Part shown: piece by piece, positions 17,741-26,768 of the stretch
How the letters are laid out: each line of letters opens with the position of its first letter
How positions within the stretch are numbered: position 1 is the stretch's first letter
NCBI GenBank assembly: GCA_013335095.1
Contig: JAAXWF010000002.1
Location: 269,566 to 333,565, forward strand
DNA: 64,000 bases
Origin: a candidate division WWE3 bacterium
GTDB taxonomy: Bacteria > Patescibacteriota > 4484-211 > GCA-002791395
Direction of reading: 5' to 3'
Made by a program: the position numbers and the translations under genes
The notes under the pieces: model-generated
What the model was told of the DNA's origin: nothing
Database searches by the model: none
What the model saw: only the letters and a program-made list of their open reading frames with translations

Positions 17741-19270
17741 TTATTTAAATACCACAGCATTTTTCTCAAGCGTTTGTTCAAATCCTGTGGTATCAAGATC
17801 CTTCACCTGTTGGTATTGGTAATATTCCGAAATATTAAGAGTACGCCAATCGTATGAATCATATTTATCCTTCAAGTAATTGATTTTATTTAAGACTTCG
17901 GTCCCGGCATTAAGTAACGCAAATCTTCGAGCATCTGATAGATTGGATTGATTAAGCTCAGATCCAATTAAATTGATCAATTCATCATACGCATGAGCAT
18001 CGCTCGATAATTGGGCGAGATATTGATAATCAACGCCATCAGAAGTTGAGGCTTTATGGTAACGAAACATGATGTCATCAAAATTGACAATATTGATCGT
18101 AATCAAGACTCCTACCGAAAATACGATCATCGACTTAATCCATTGATAATGCGAGATACGGCGCCAAAATGCATAACCATAACTAGACAATACGACAAAG
18201 ATCCAAAATACAACGGCGTATCCCCATAAACGTTTATACGTGAATCCCCACATTTGGCTATAGTCGATAACACTCTTGAGTGCCATTATCGTTAAAAATA
18301 ACCCCTCAAGAACAAGAACATACGTAAGGATTTGGGATCGCGCTTTGTAGGATCGATCGTTATAAAGAAGCACAACGATAACTCCCGCAACAATTGAAAG
18401 TTGAGCAAAAACTTCACGGGCATACTGGGAATGAGTGTAGCCTAAGATCTGAAGAGTTTCTGATGTAGAAAAATATAGTTGAATCTGACTAGCGAAAAAT
18501 ATCAGTAGCAACAAACTTAATACCAGCTTAGGTAAAAATAACGGCCACGCTGGTTCCTTTTCAGCAGAGGGTTTGTCTAAAGGCACTAAGCTAGAAACCA
18601 TACTAACCATTCTTGGCAAGAATAGACTAAAAATTATAAAGCTAATAACTTGGACAATAAAAAGATCGCCAAGAATCGATTGAATCCACTCCACGAGTCT
18701 ATCTAAACTCAAAGCCGAAAGAACCGTCTCGACCCATTGATTAAAAAATGGATTGGCAGAGGCAAGTAGGGGAATGACCACGATAAGTACACCCAACGAA
18801 ACACATACCGAAATCACTAATTCTTTAATTTTAGATGCAGAAATGGTCAGAGATCCCAGTTTTATTTGACGAGAAAAGGTGACTAAGTTGGGCGATATTA
18901 TTGATCGAACGAGAAACAGGATTGGAGCTGCAATCAGTGTACGAATCGGCTGAAATAGTGCCGAGTCAAAATGATATAGAGAAAGCCATGCTCCAAAGAA
19001 TAACAACGTTACGATATCGAGAAATACTAATAATGGATTTGCCCGAGATACGATAAAAAAACTTAATATTAGTATTACCGCAAACATAAATGCATCAAAC
19101 GCCATTTTATTTTGCTTAATAACAAAAACCAAACTGGCAAGAATCGCTAAAGCACATGCGATACCATCGTACGGAAAATAATTTTCGACAAATAACAGAT
19201 ATGAAAATGTAGCTGATATTAGTATTAATATCCAACCAATTCCGTTTACTAACGTATTTCTCATAGTCAT
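17741..19270 (-). CDS. Hypothetical polytopic membrane protein (about 12 TM) with a C-terminal soluble domain
   Basis: A 509-aa ORF, highly hydrophobic, with a C-terminal domain of about 110 aa. No family was recognised. Confidence 0.6.
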   Translation of the reverse strand: MTMRNTLVNGIGWILILISATFSYLLFVENYFPYDGIACALAILASLVFVIKQNKMAFDAFMFAVILILSFFIVSRANPLLVFLDIVTLLFFGAWLSLYHFDSALFQPIRTLIAAPILFLVRSIISPNLVTFSRQIKLGSLTISASKIKELVISVCVSLGVLIVVIPLLASANPFFNQWVETVLSALSLDRLVEWIQSILGDLFIVQVISFIIFSLFLPRMVSMVSSLVPLDKPSAEKEPAWPLFLPKLVLSLLLLIFFASQIQLYFSTSETLQILGYTHSQYAREVFAQLSIVAGVIVVLLYNDRSYKARSQILTYVLVLEGLFLTIMALKSVIDYSQMWGFTYKRLWGYAVVFWIFVVLSSYGYAFWRRISHYQWIKSMIVFSVGVLITINIVNFDDIMFRYHKASTSDGVDYQYLAQLSSDAHAYDELINLIGSELNQSNLSDARRFALLNAGTEVLNKINYLKDKYDSYDWRTLNISEYYQYQQVKDLDTTGFEQTLEKNAVVFK

Positions 19271-19333
19271 TATTATACTATAGGAAGTATATTTTTATCT
19301 TGTTTTCTTAACTTTAAGAGAATGACAATACAT

Positions 19334-19349
19334 TGTGATCAAGATCACA
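19334..19349. promoter_or_regulatory. CRP/FNR-family-type palindrome TGTGA-N6-TCACA
   Basis: The sequence TGTGAtcaagaTCACA lies in the 281-bp divergent region between 17741..19270 (-) and 19552..21042 (+). Confidence 0.4.
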
Positions 19350-19416
19350 TTCTTACACGGAAAAACTCTCTATTATCACAATAGTTAGTTTTTCGCACCT
19401 TACATTCGCATTAGGG

Positions 19417-19450
19417 TGGACAGGTCTTCCCGCCTGTCCATTTCTTTATT
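19417..19450 (+). promoter_or_regulatory. Leader hairpin with U-rich tail upstream of 19552
   Basis: The stem TGGACAGG / CCTGTCCA (loop tcttcccg) is followed by TTTCTTTATT. It sits about 100 nt before the start codon. Confidence 0.3.
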
Positions 19451-19551
19451 ACTATCTGATATTCACATTTCTTTTCATTAACTTTATTTACCACCGTTAC
19501 CTTAATTTTTATTGAAACAATTGATTCTTAGGATTATTATTTGTATATACT

Positions 19552-21042
19552 ATGAAAGTTCAATCGCTTAAAATTGTTGCCATACTGTTATTCTTAGTAA
19601 TCGGTTGGGTATTTAGGCCTTTTATCCATCCGCTAATAATGAGTTTTGTTATTAGCCCGCTTCGTATATTACAAATTGCAATTATTATTTGGATGTTGTG
19701 GATTTTATTCTCCCGGACCTTATGGCCGAAGATAAAAGTTTCATCTCAAGGTTCAGTAAAAATTGATTGGCAAGATGGCACGTATAGGAAAGTCGGATTA
19801 ATAGTAGGGGTGCTCATACTCATAAGCTTAGGCCTAACATTAGAGTCAGATATAAGAGCCTCACTAACTGCGCATCAAATTACCTATGAAAAAAGAGAGC
19901 AATTGCCTGAATTCAACCCTTTGCGGTTAACCCCTAAGGGAGTGGCACAACGGTATGCCCAAGATTCGTTTCAAAACCCTCAAGAATACCTAGGCGATTC
20001 ACAAATAGTTTTAATTCATGACCAACTATATCGAGTATTTCCTCGTTTGCCAGATGGAGCACTGCTTTATTTTTTTAATAAACTGAGTGGATTTGTGACT
20101 GTTGAAGTAAGTACACTCGATCGCACGGTAAATATAGAAGATCAAACATTTAAATATGCTGAAGGCATTGGCATCTTTGATAACTTGTACTACCAATTAC
20201 CACTAAAGCGATTTTTTGTTACATATAGTAGCGAACCAATTTATTTGAAAAATGACACCAATAATTGGGTTACGATCGTTCCATACATTACGTATAAAGG
20301 ATTTCCATTCACAATACCGACATGGGGTGGGGTAATGGAAATAAAGCCCGATGGAACAATAAATGACTACACTCCAGAACAAGCGCAGGAGATTAGTTAT
20401 TTAAAGAATAACCGAATATATCCCAAAGAATTATCTGAATATTATGCGCAGTCCTTCGCCTATAAAAATGGAATATTAAACAAATGGTTCCTCCATAAGG
20501 ATGAAACCGAAGTAGTGAATCTACCATCAGATGAAATGGTTCTTCATGTACCGACCAAAGAAGGCTACAAACAAATGATTGTCGCCGAACCTTACGGTCG
20601 ATCATACGGAATTTATAAAATATTCTTCACTGACGCAACCACCGGCAAGCGCGAGATTATTGAATATGATTCTCAATCCCAATTAACAGGTCCAATTGCC
20701 GCAGCTGATTATGTAAAACGAAACTTTCCAACCTACGACTGGAGCAGTTTTAGCCTAGTCGAACCAAGACCTATTACCATTAATAATAGCCTTAATTGGA
20801 TGCTCTCTATTGTTCCTAATGATTGGGCTGGTATTGCTTCAACAGTATTTCTAGATACAAAAACAAATAATGTCCAAAAGGCTGATGATGAATCCCAGAT
20901 TGATCAGATCCGTCAAGGTGAAAAGAACATACCTAATGAGATAACACCAACACCAGGAAACACTCAAAATTCACAAATTAATCAAAAAATAAATGATATT
21001 CAGCAACAGTTAGATGAGCTGAAAAAACTCCTTAATCAATAG
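19552..21042 (+). CDS. Hypothetical membrane-anchored protein with a large extracytoplasmic domain and a C-terminal coiled coil
   Basis: A 496-aa ORF with N-terminal TM helices. The tail is Gln/Asn-rich: NSQINQKINDIQQQLDELKKLLNQ. Confidence 0.55.
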   Translation: MKVQSLKIVAILLFLVIGWVFRPFIHPLIMSFVISPLRILQIAIIIWMLWILFSRTLWPKIKVSSQGSVKIDWQDGTYRKVGLIVGVLILISLGLTLESDIRASLTAHQITYEKREQLPEFNPLRLTPKGVAQRYAQDSFQNPQEYLGDSQIVLIHDQLYRVFPRLPDGALLYFFNKLSGFVTVEVSTLDRTVNIEDQTFKYAEGIGIFDNLYYQLPLKRFFVTYSSEPIYLKNDTNNWVTIVPYITYKGFPFTIPTWGGVMEIKPDGTINDYTPEQAQEISYLKNNRIYPKELSEYYAQSFAYKNGILNKWFLHKDETEVVNLPSDEMVLHVPTKEGYKQMIVAEPYGRSYGIYKIFFTDATTGKREIIEYDSQSQLTGPIAAADYVKRNFPTYDWSSFSLVEPRPITINNSLNWMLSIVPNDWAGIASTVFLDTKTNNVQKADDESQIDQIRQGEKNIPNEITPTPGNTQNSQINQKINDIQQQLDELKKLLNQ

Positions 21043-21061
21043 AATATACGACATCATAAGC

Positions 21062-21089
21062 TTGACACATTCAATGAACCAGTTAGAAT
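21062..21089 (+). promoter_or_regulatory. Promoter TTGACA-16-TAGAAT
   Basis: It sits 13 nt upstream of the MFS start codon. Confidence 0.45.
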
Positions 21090-21101
21090 TACTGATGACT
21101 A

Positions 21102-22304
21102 ATGCGAAAACTCTTTGTCGGAAATCGAAATTTAGCGATTATTGCACTTATCGCAATAGTGAACGCCCTCGGATACGGTATTGTAATTCCGGTTCTATAC
21201 TCTTATTCAGTTAAATTTGGACTCACTGATTTTCAAAACGGTTTACTATTCGCGCTGTTTTCACTATGCCAATTTTTATCAACACCGATAATTGGACGAT
21301 TCTCGGATAAATTAGGACGTCGCCCTCTCCTTATTGCTTCTCTAGCCGGCACAACATTGTCTTTTTTCATCATGGCATTTGCACCAAGTGCAGCATTTTT
21401 ATTTATTGCCCGTGCGTTGGATGGATTAACTGCTGGTAATATTCCAGTAGCTTCAGCGGTAATTTCGGACACAACGACCGGAGCAGACCGTGCAAAGGGC
21501 TTTGGAATTATTGGAGCTTCGTTTAGTTTAGGGATGATCTTAGGTCCAGCAATATCGGCACTCTCGGTGGGAATATCTCCAGCATTACCTTTCATTATCG
21601 CTGGGGCGATATCAGCAATTTCGGTTGTTGTAACAGTACTATATTTACCTGAGACAAATACACATTCTAAAGAGATCCAACATGCAAAGATGTTTGATTT
21701 CTCACGTTTGTTTCACGCGCTCATCGATAAAAGAATTGGTTTAGTGTTGGTTTTATCACTCCTTAATGCATTCGGTTTTGCGATGCTAATTTATGCCTAC
21801 CAGCCATATGCGACCAAAATATTAAGCTTAAATAGTCAGCAGATCGCGCTGCTATTTGTCATGTTTGGCGTCTTAGGCATGCTTTCACAACTGTTTATTC
21901 TCAGTCAAATGATAAAACGATTTGGCATCGAAAGGTCATTGTCCTTCTCTTTAATCGGAATGAGCATAACGTTTTTGGCTATCCATCTATTCCACTCACT
22001 AGCGGTATTTATTGGAGCATCTATCGTCATGGGCCTGGTTAACGTTATCCAACCATTAATTCAGACAGTGCTTGCAAGAGACACTGATCAAAACTCCCAA
22101 GGATCACTTCAGGGATTAAACGCCTCGTATATGTCGATCGGCCAAATACTCGGGCCAATTATTGGAGGGACATTAGCAACTTTCGAGATTACCTACCCAT
22201 TTTTACTTGGTAGCATCATCTTTATAATTTGTTTCTTTATCTCTATTAAGGCAGTAAAACCGCTGCAAAAAATCGAACAAGCATTTGAAACGCAAAACCC
22301 ATAG
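21102..22304 (+). CDS. MFS transporter (drug:H+ antiporter-like, 12 TM)
   Basis: Motif A GRFSDKLGRRPLL lies between TM2 and TM3. The fold shows 12 TM helices over 400 aa. Confidence 0.85.
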   Translation: MRKLFVGNRNLAIIALIAIVNALGYGIVIPVLYSYSVKFGLTDFQNGLLFALFSLCQFLSTPIIGRFSDKLGRRPLLIASLAGTTLSFFIMAFAPSAAFLFIARALDGLTAGNIPVASAVISDTTTGADRAKGFGIIGASFSLGMILGPAISALSVGISPALPFIIAGAISAISVVVTVLYLPETNTHSKEIQHAKMFDFSRLFHALIDKRIGLVLVLSLLNAFGFAMLIYAYQPYATKILSLNSQQIALLFVMFGVLGMLSQLFILSQMIKRFGIERSLSFSLIGMSITFLAIHLFHSLAVFIGASIVMGLVNVIQPLIQTVLARDTDQNSQGSLQGLNASYMSIGQILGPIIGGTLATFEITYPFLLGSIIFIICFFISIKAVKPLQKIEQAFETQNP

Positions 22305-22336
22305 CGTTTGACTTTTATATATCTATTAAGTATAGT
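22297..22336 (+). promoter_or_regulatory. Promoter module aacccatagcgtttgact (-35 TTGACT, 17 nt, -10 TATAGT), copy 3
   Basis: Over about 30 nt, 27 match the copy at 12633. The stop codon of the MFS gene lies inside the motif. Confidence 0.55.
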
Positions 22337-22382
22337 AAACCCCATCGAGTCGGATTTTAACTTAGGAAGGACACGCACGATT

Positions 22383-23258
22383 ATGCGTACACCGAGGATC
22401 ATCTGGATTCTGCTTGCGGCACTGCTGCTCGCAGGTTGTGGCCAAACAACGAGCGGACAAACGATGAGCCTAGACGGGGAGAAGCCACCGTCAACTGCTG
22501 TGGTCGAAACTACAACGAGTGGCCCTGTCGCTAACACCGAACAGACGGACCTTGTTATAGCAACACCACCACCAGCAACGGTGGAGCCGCCTACAAACGA
22601 ACCGGTCCCGACAAGGACTGTGGATCCCACGGCAACACTAACACCCGTACCAACTGCGATTCCACAAGAGGTGGAGGGCTTCCAACTACCGCAAGAGATG
22701 AAAAACTGCGCTGCAGTAGCATCAGTGGATGGGCTCGAGAATGCAACCAGACGCAATTATGCCTGGATTGCATTCGATCAAGGCGGTAATGTCAGGCTGG
22801 TCACGGATTTGGTTACGTACGAAAAGGCAAAGTACGTACGATTAACCCGCGTCGCCGATAGTAAGGTCAACCTTTACAAATGTCGCTCAACGGCATGGGA
22901 AGATGACCTGGCTAAGGCGCTGTTTGAGATGGTGCCTACCGATTTTAATCGGTGGTGGGCAACAACCAGGAGCGTTGGGTTTGGCCAGGGCATTACACTA
23001 ATCGACACTGAAAAGATGACCCTGGTGATTAGTGGGCTGACCCAAGAGGGTGAAACATTGACCTTTAAATACAAGGTCAACGGCACTGAATCATCCATGC
23101 AGCAACCTGTTTCGTTTAACCCAGCAACCCCAATCAGCGTCGATGGAAGTGGTGGGAATACCTACCAAGTACTTCTCATCGAAATGAACGGGGAGAAAGG
23201 TGTGCGTTTGCTCATTCTATCAACAGAGCCAGCGCATATCAGTGGTGGTAGTAAATAA
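22383..23258 (+). CDS. Lipoprotein, hypothetical (GC-rich; Thr/Pro-rich linker)
   Basis: The ATG at 22383 follows an AGGAAGGA RBS. The signal peptide MRTPRIIWILLAALLLAGC carries the LAGC lipobox. The ORF track extends it to the TTG at 22308. Confidence 0.65.
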   Translation: MRTPRIIWILLAALLLAGCGQTTSGQTMSLDGEKPPSTAVVETTTSGPVANTEQTDLVIATPPPATVEPPTNEPVPTRTVDPTATLTPVPTAIPQEVEGFQLPQEMKNCAAVASVDGLENATRRNYAWIAFDQGGNVRLVTDLVTYEKAKYVRLTRVADSKVNLYKCRSTAWEDDLAKALFEMVPTDFNRWWATTRSVGFGQGITLIDTEKMTLVISGLTQEGETLTFKYKVNGTESSMQQPVSFNPATPISVDGSGGNTYQVLLIEMNGEKGVRLLILSTEPAHISGGSK

Positions 23259-23283
23259 ATAGCAAGTTCGTGTTTGCTCAACA

Positions 23284-23312
23284 AGCCGGGAAATAAAACT
23301 CCCGGCTTTTTT
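23284..23312 (+). terminator. Rho-independent terminator
   Basis: The stem AGCCGGGA / TCCCGGCT has an 8-nt loop and is followed by TTTTTT. Confidence 0.75.
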
Positions 23313-23346
23313 ACTTTTAATCTGCTTTCGATGATAAAATAATTGT

Positions 23347-23916
23347 ATGTCGCGAAAAGTTATCATTGTGCATCGGTGGGAAGGAACCCCCGAAGCAGAT
23401 TGGTATCCATGGGTACATGAGCAATTAACTCAGAGTGGATATGTTGTCGAAATACCCGAGATGCCAAATACCCAGGCACCTGACATAAGTGAGTGGATTC
23501 GAACGCTACATAGAATAATCCCCGTACCTGATGAGCGAATAACGCTAATTGGCCATTCTATTGGCAGCCAGGCAATTCTTCGGTATCTAGCAACTTTTTT
23601 TACCCCACTTACATTAGGCGGAGTAATTTTGGTTACTCCTTGGCTTAATTTAACCCAAGCCGCCACACAGGGAGTAGAACAGATCGCCGCCCCGTGGCTT
23701 ACCACACCAATAAATATGGGAAGAATACGCTCACATCGTATTCGATATACTGCGATCTTTTCAGATAATGATCCTTTTGTTCCAATAACCGATGCCGAAA
23801 TTTTTCGATATCAACTTGGTGCCAAAATTGTTGTGGAGAAGAGTGCTGGCCATATGACCACCCAAGATAATATCGTCGAGGTTCCCTCAGTGTTAGAAGC
23901 GGTATTTAGTGCTTAA
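23347..23916 (+). CDS. Alpha/beta-fold serine hydrolase (YdeN/RBBP9-like small esterase)
   Basis: A 189-aa ORF carrying the nucleophile elbow GHSIGS. Confidence 0.55.
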   Translation: MSRKVIIVHRWEGTPEADWYPWVHEQLTQSGYVVEIPEMPNTQAPDISEWIRTLHRIIPVPDERITLIGHSIGSQAILRYLATFFTPLTLGGVILVTPWLNLTQAATQGVEQIAAPWLTTPINMGRIRSHRIRYTAIFSDNDPFVPITDAEIFRYQLGAKIVVEKSAGHMTTQDNIVEVPSVLEAVFSA

Positions 23917-24431
23917 TCTATCCCAAAAGACATGTTGTGAATCAAACCATCGGATGATCGAATAGGGAGAAATGAGTAACTTCGATTATTAACAGCTACA
24001 CGAAAGACAGTAGAACCGTTTTCGGTAACCGATTCCGGCGATAAAGTATTTACGTTTTCAATTGAATAAACCGTTGTTAATATTTCGCGAATGACGGTAG
24101 TAATCAGCTGAGTATCGTTCGGGAGTTCAGGGCTAAATGTTACGGTTGCACGAGATGTTCCGTCCCTAAAGATAATCAAGTAATCCGAACCTTCAACATG
24201 GCCATGAACGCTCTGAATGGTCTGACTATTTTGAGCTTTTTTCTGAGTAGATTGATTAAAATTTAGTACCAGAAGAACACAAAGACCCGAAAGGACGACC
24301 ACGGCAGCAAACAAATTTATATTTATAAGCCATTTAGTTGGTAAAATACGTTCTTCTTTTTGTGGACGCTTTGTCTTCATGTACTTAATTATATACACGA
24401 GATCGGGTTGAATAAAAGAGATAAAAATCAA
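23913..24431 (-). CDS. Hypothetical membrane-anchored protein
   Basis: A single TM helix follows a basic N-terminus. The likelier start is the internal ATG at 24380 (MKTKRPQKEE), which has a TATATAAT box 8 nt upstream. Confidence 0.45.
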   Translation of the reverse strand: MIFISFIQPDLVYIIKYMKTKRPQKEERILPTKWLININLFAAVVVLSGLCVLLVLNFNQSTQKKAQNSQTIQSVHGHVEGSDYLIIFRDGTSRATVTFSPELPNDTQLITTVIREILTTVYSIENVNTLSPESVTENGSTVFRVAVNNRSYSFLPIRSSDGLIHNMSFGID

Positions 24432-24495
24432 TACTGTATTTAAGCTTAAATCACTCGAAAGACATCACAATATTTGATACAATCCACCCTATAAG

Positions 24496-25425
24496 ATGAT
24501 TACCTTTGTATTTCCTGTCTACAACGAAGAACAATCGATCGCCAAATTAGTTGAAGAAATGTTTCGCGTTCGAGAAAAAATTGACGATGATGTCGAAATG
24601 TTATTTATCAATGACGGGAGCAAGGATAACACCGAACGGATCCTCTTAAACTATGCCAAGGAACACTCCTCAATAAAGGTCATCTCGTTCTCGCGAAACT
24701 TTGGTCATCAAATAGCCCTGACTGCTGGCCTTGATTATGCGAGAGGAGATGCAGTGGTCGTTATGGATAGTGATTTACAAGATCCACCCATGGTAGCGCT
24801 TGAACTTATTGAAAAATGGAAAGGCGGGTATGAGATCGTATACGCCAAACGCCGAAGTCGTAAAGACGGCTTCTTAAAAAAACTGACTGCATGGGGATTT
24901 TATCGGACCTTAAGAACCCTCTCTTCAATCGACATCCCAGAAGATACCGGCGATTTTCGATTACTCGACAGAAAAGTAGTTGATACACTTAAACAATTTC
25001 GTGAAAGTAGCCGATTCATGCGTGGACTAACGAGCTATGTCGGGTTTAAGCAGACTGCGGTATTATTTGACCGGAATGAACGATTTGCCGGAGAGACGAA
25101 ATACCCGTGGCGCAAGATGGCCAAATTCGCATGGGATGGAATAACAAGTTTTTCAATGATTCCTCTTAGGATCTCAACGTATCTGGGCTTTTTTGTTGCC
25201 ATATTAAGCTTAATCGGAATAGGGTACGCACTATTTATGAAACTATTCTTCCCTGATATTACCGTTACGGGTTGGACGCTTATGATTATCGCCATCTTTT
25301 TTATTGGTGGTACCCAGATGGTTGTGCTGGGAATAATGGGTGAATATATTGGCCGAATCTATACAGAGGTTCGCAATCGACCGCTATACATAGTTAAACA
25401 GACCACAAATATTGATGCTCACTAA
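24496..25425 (+). CDS. GT2 polyprenol-phosphate glycosyltransferase (GtrB / dolichol-phosphate-mannose synthase-like)
   Basis: It has the GT-A fold motifs VYNEE, DDGSKD and the DxD-like MDSDLQD. Two C-terminal TM helices are typical of GtrB. Confidence 0.85.
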   Translation: MITFVFPVYNEEQSIAKLVEEMFRVREKIDDDVEMLFINDGSKDNTERILLNYAKEHSSIKVISFSRNFGHQIALTAGLDYARGDAVVVMDSDLQDPPMVALELIEKWKGGYEIVYAKRRSRKDGFLKKLTAWGFYRTLRTLSSIDIPEDTGDFRLLDRKVVDTLKQFRESSRFMRGLTSYVGFKQTAVLFDRNERFAGETKYPWRKMAKFAWDGITSFSMIPLRISTYLGFFVAILSLIGIGYALFMKLFFPDITVTGWTLMIIAIFFIGGTQMVVLGIMGEYIGRIYTEVRNRPLYIVKQTTNIDAH

Positions 25426-25843
25426 ATTAGAACAATTCGTTTCCAGCAAGCTAAATATCTCGATTCAATTTATCCGCTATGCATTAGTCGGGGTAAGCGG
25501 GGTCACCGTCGATTTTTTCATATTTTTCGTATTAACGCATTTATTACACGTAAACTACCTGATAGCAAATGTTTTAAGCGTATGCAGCGGAATAACAAAT
25601 AACTTTACCTGGAATATGCTTTTTACATTCAATAAACGCGACATAATTTTGACACGTTTTATTAGGTTTTTTACGGTTGGAATAGGTGGCTTAATTATAA
25701 GTTCAATGATCATGTTTATATTAGTAGACGTTATCAAAATGTACGTTTTAATCGCTAAGGGGCTAACATTAATTGTCATTACATTCCTCCAATACAATTT
25801 GAATCGGAAATACTCATTCGGAGATTCTGTTAATAAAGTATAA
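25412..25843 (+). CDS. GtrA-family membrane protein (flippase-associated)
   Basis: The GtrA signature is FIRYALVGVSGVTVDFFIFFVL. It has four TM helices and overlaps the GT2 gene. Confidence 0.7.
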   Translation: MMLTKLEQFVSSKLNISIQFIRYALVGVSGVTVDFFIFFVLTHLLHVNYLIANVLSVCSGITNNFTWNMLFTFNKRDIILTRFIRFFTVGIGGLIISSMIMFILVDVIKMYVLIAKGLTLIVITFLQYNLNRKYSFGDSVNKV

Positions 25844-25847
25844 AAAA

Positions 25848-25872
25848 GGCGCGAATCATACTGATTCGCGCC
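25848..25872. terminator. Bidirectional hairpin terminator
   Basis: An 11-bp perfect stem GGCGCGAATCA / TGATTCGCGCC with a 3-nt loop sits between convergent genes. Confidence 0.6.
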
Positions 25873-25898
25873 ATGCGATCTTAGAAAACCGTATCCAT

Positions 25899-26756
25899 TT
25901 ACACCTTGCCAATGTTCACCGCTGGGGGAACACAGGCCGTCATAGTTTGCTCCTGGAGCACCACCGCAATGTTGTCGCGGAAGTACACCATCTGTACCAT
26001 CACCGCAACCGGCAAACACGTCTCATCACCTTTCAGTGATTTTGCCGGATCGGGGTAATGCTCTACGATCCCCGGTGTAGCCCAATTCCCGTAATCATTG
26101 GGATCCGTATCAGGCACAGGAACGAATTGGTCTTGGCGAACCTGATGCCAGACCCACCATCCGCTATTAGCTGGTGGGGTGGAAGGACTCCATTTAAACT
26201 CAAGCTGAACGTTCCCATCCTTATCCAGATTAGGTATCAAGGCAGGGGGGCTCATCTTAAGCTCGGCAAGACTCTTCACATCGACCCCGATATCAGCACC
26301 CGTTAAGGGTTTTAGCTGATCGATCGGCGTGAACGTCACTGGAACAGGATCGCTAAACGATCCTTCGGGCCGGCGCAGAACGGTCACCGACGCGGCAGTC
26401 GTATCATACCCGCCATCAAAGGCAAAGAACGCCTCGTTGGAACGAGATGCGGCGATACGCGTGGCCAAATCCTTGCCATCGCGCTGAAACGTCACATCGT
26501 ACCATTCTTGGTTTGGTGTGAGCGGACGCCCTTCCCATTTCACCATCAGGACCGGACGATTCTTTGCATCAAGACCGATCACCCGGGCTTCAGTGATTGT
26601 GATACCACCGATACCAGCCATATTAAGCAAGCGAGGCCCATAGATAACAGCAATGGTAGCGCCTGCGCCTAGCAAGAGCAGGATCAGACACGCGATCAGA
26701 ATCCAAGCGCCACGCGAGGTTTGATTCCGCGGTTGATCCAAGCCTGAAAGAGCCAT
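25899..26756 (-). CDS. Hypothetical membrane-anchored protein (GC-rich)
   Basis: A 285-aa ORF with an N-terminal TM helix and a Trp-rich C-terminal domain. It is co-oriented and probably co-transcribed with the M50 protease. Confidence 0.5.
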   Translation of the reverse strand: MALSGLDQPRNQTSRGAWILIACLILLLLGAGATIAVIYGPRLLNMAGIGGITITEARVIGLDAKNRPVLMVKWEGRPLTPNQEWYDVTFQRDGKDLATRIAASRSNEAFFAFDGGYDTTAASVTVLRRPEGSFSDPVPVTFTPIDQLKPLTGADIGVDVKSLAELKMSPPALIPNLDKDGNVQLEFKWSPSTPPANSGWWVWHQVRQDQFVPVPDTDPNDYGNWATPGIVEHYPDPAKSLKGDETCLPVAVMVQMVYFRDNIAVVLQEQTMTACVPPAVNIGKV

Positions 26757-26768
26757 AATCGGGCCTCC

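Noticed and set aside
22193-22756. 187-aa minus-strand ORF overlapping the end of the MFS gene and the lipoprotein gene
   Set aside because: It is low-complexity (Gly/Ser/Thr/Val runs) and antisense to two ORFs with good start contexts. It looks like a GC-rich artefact.
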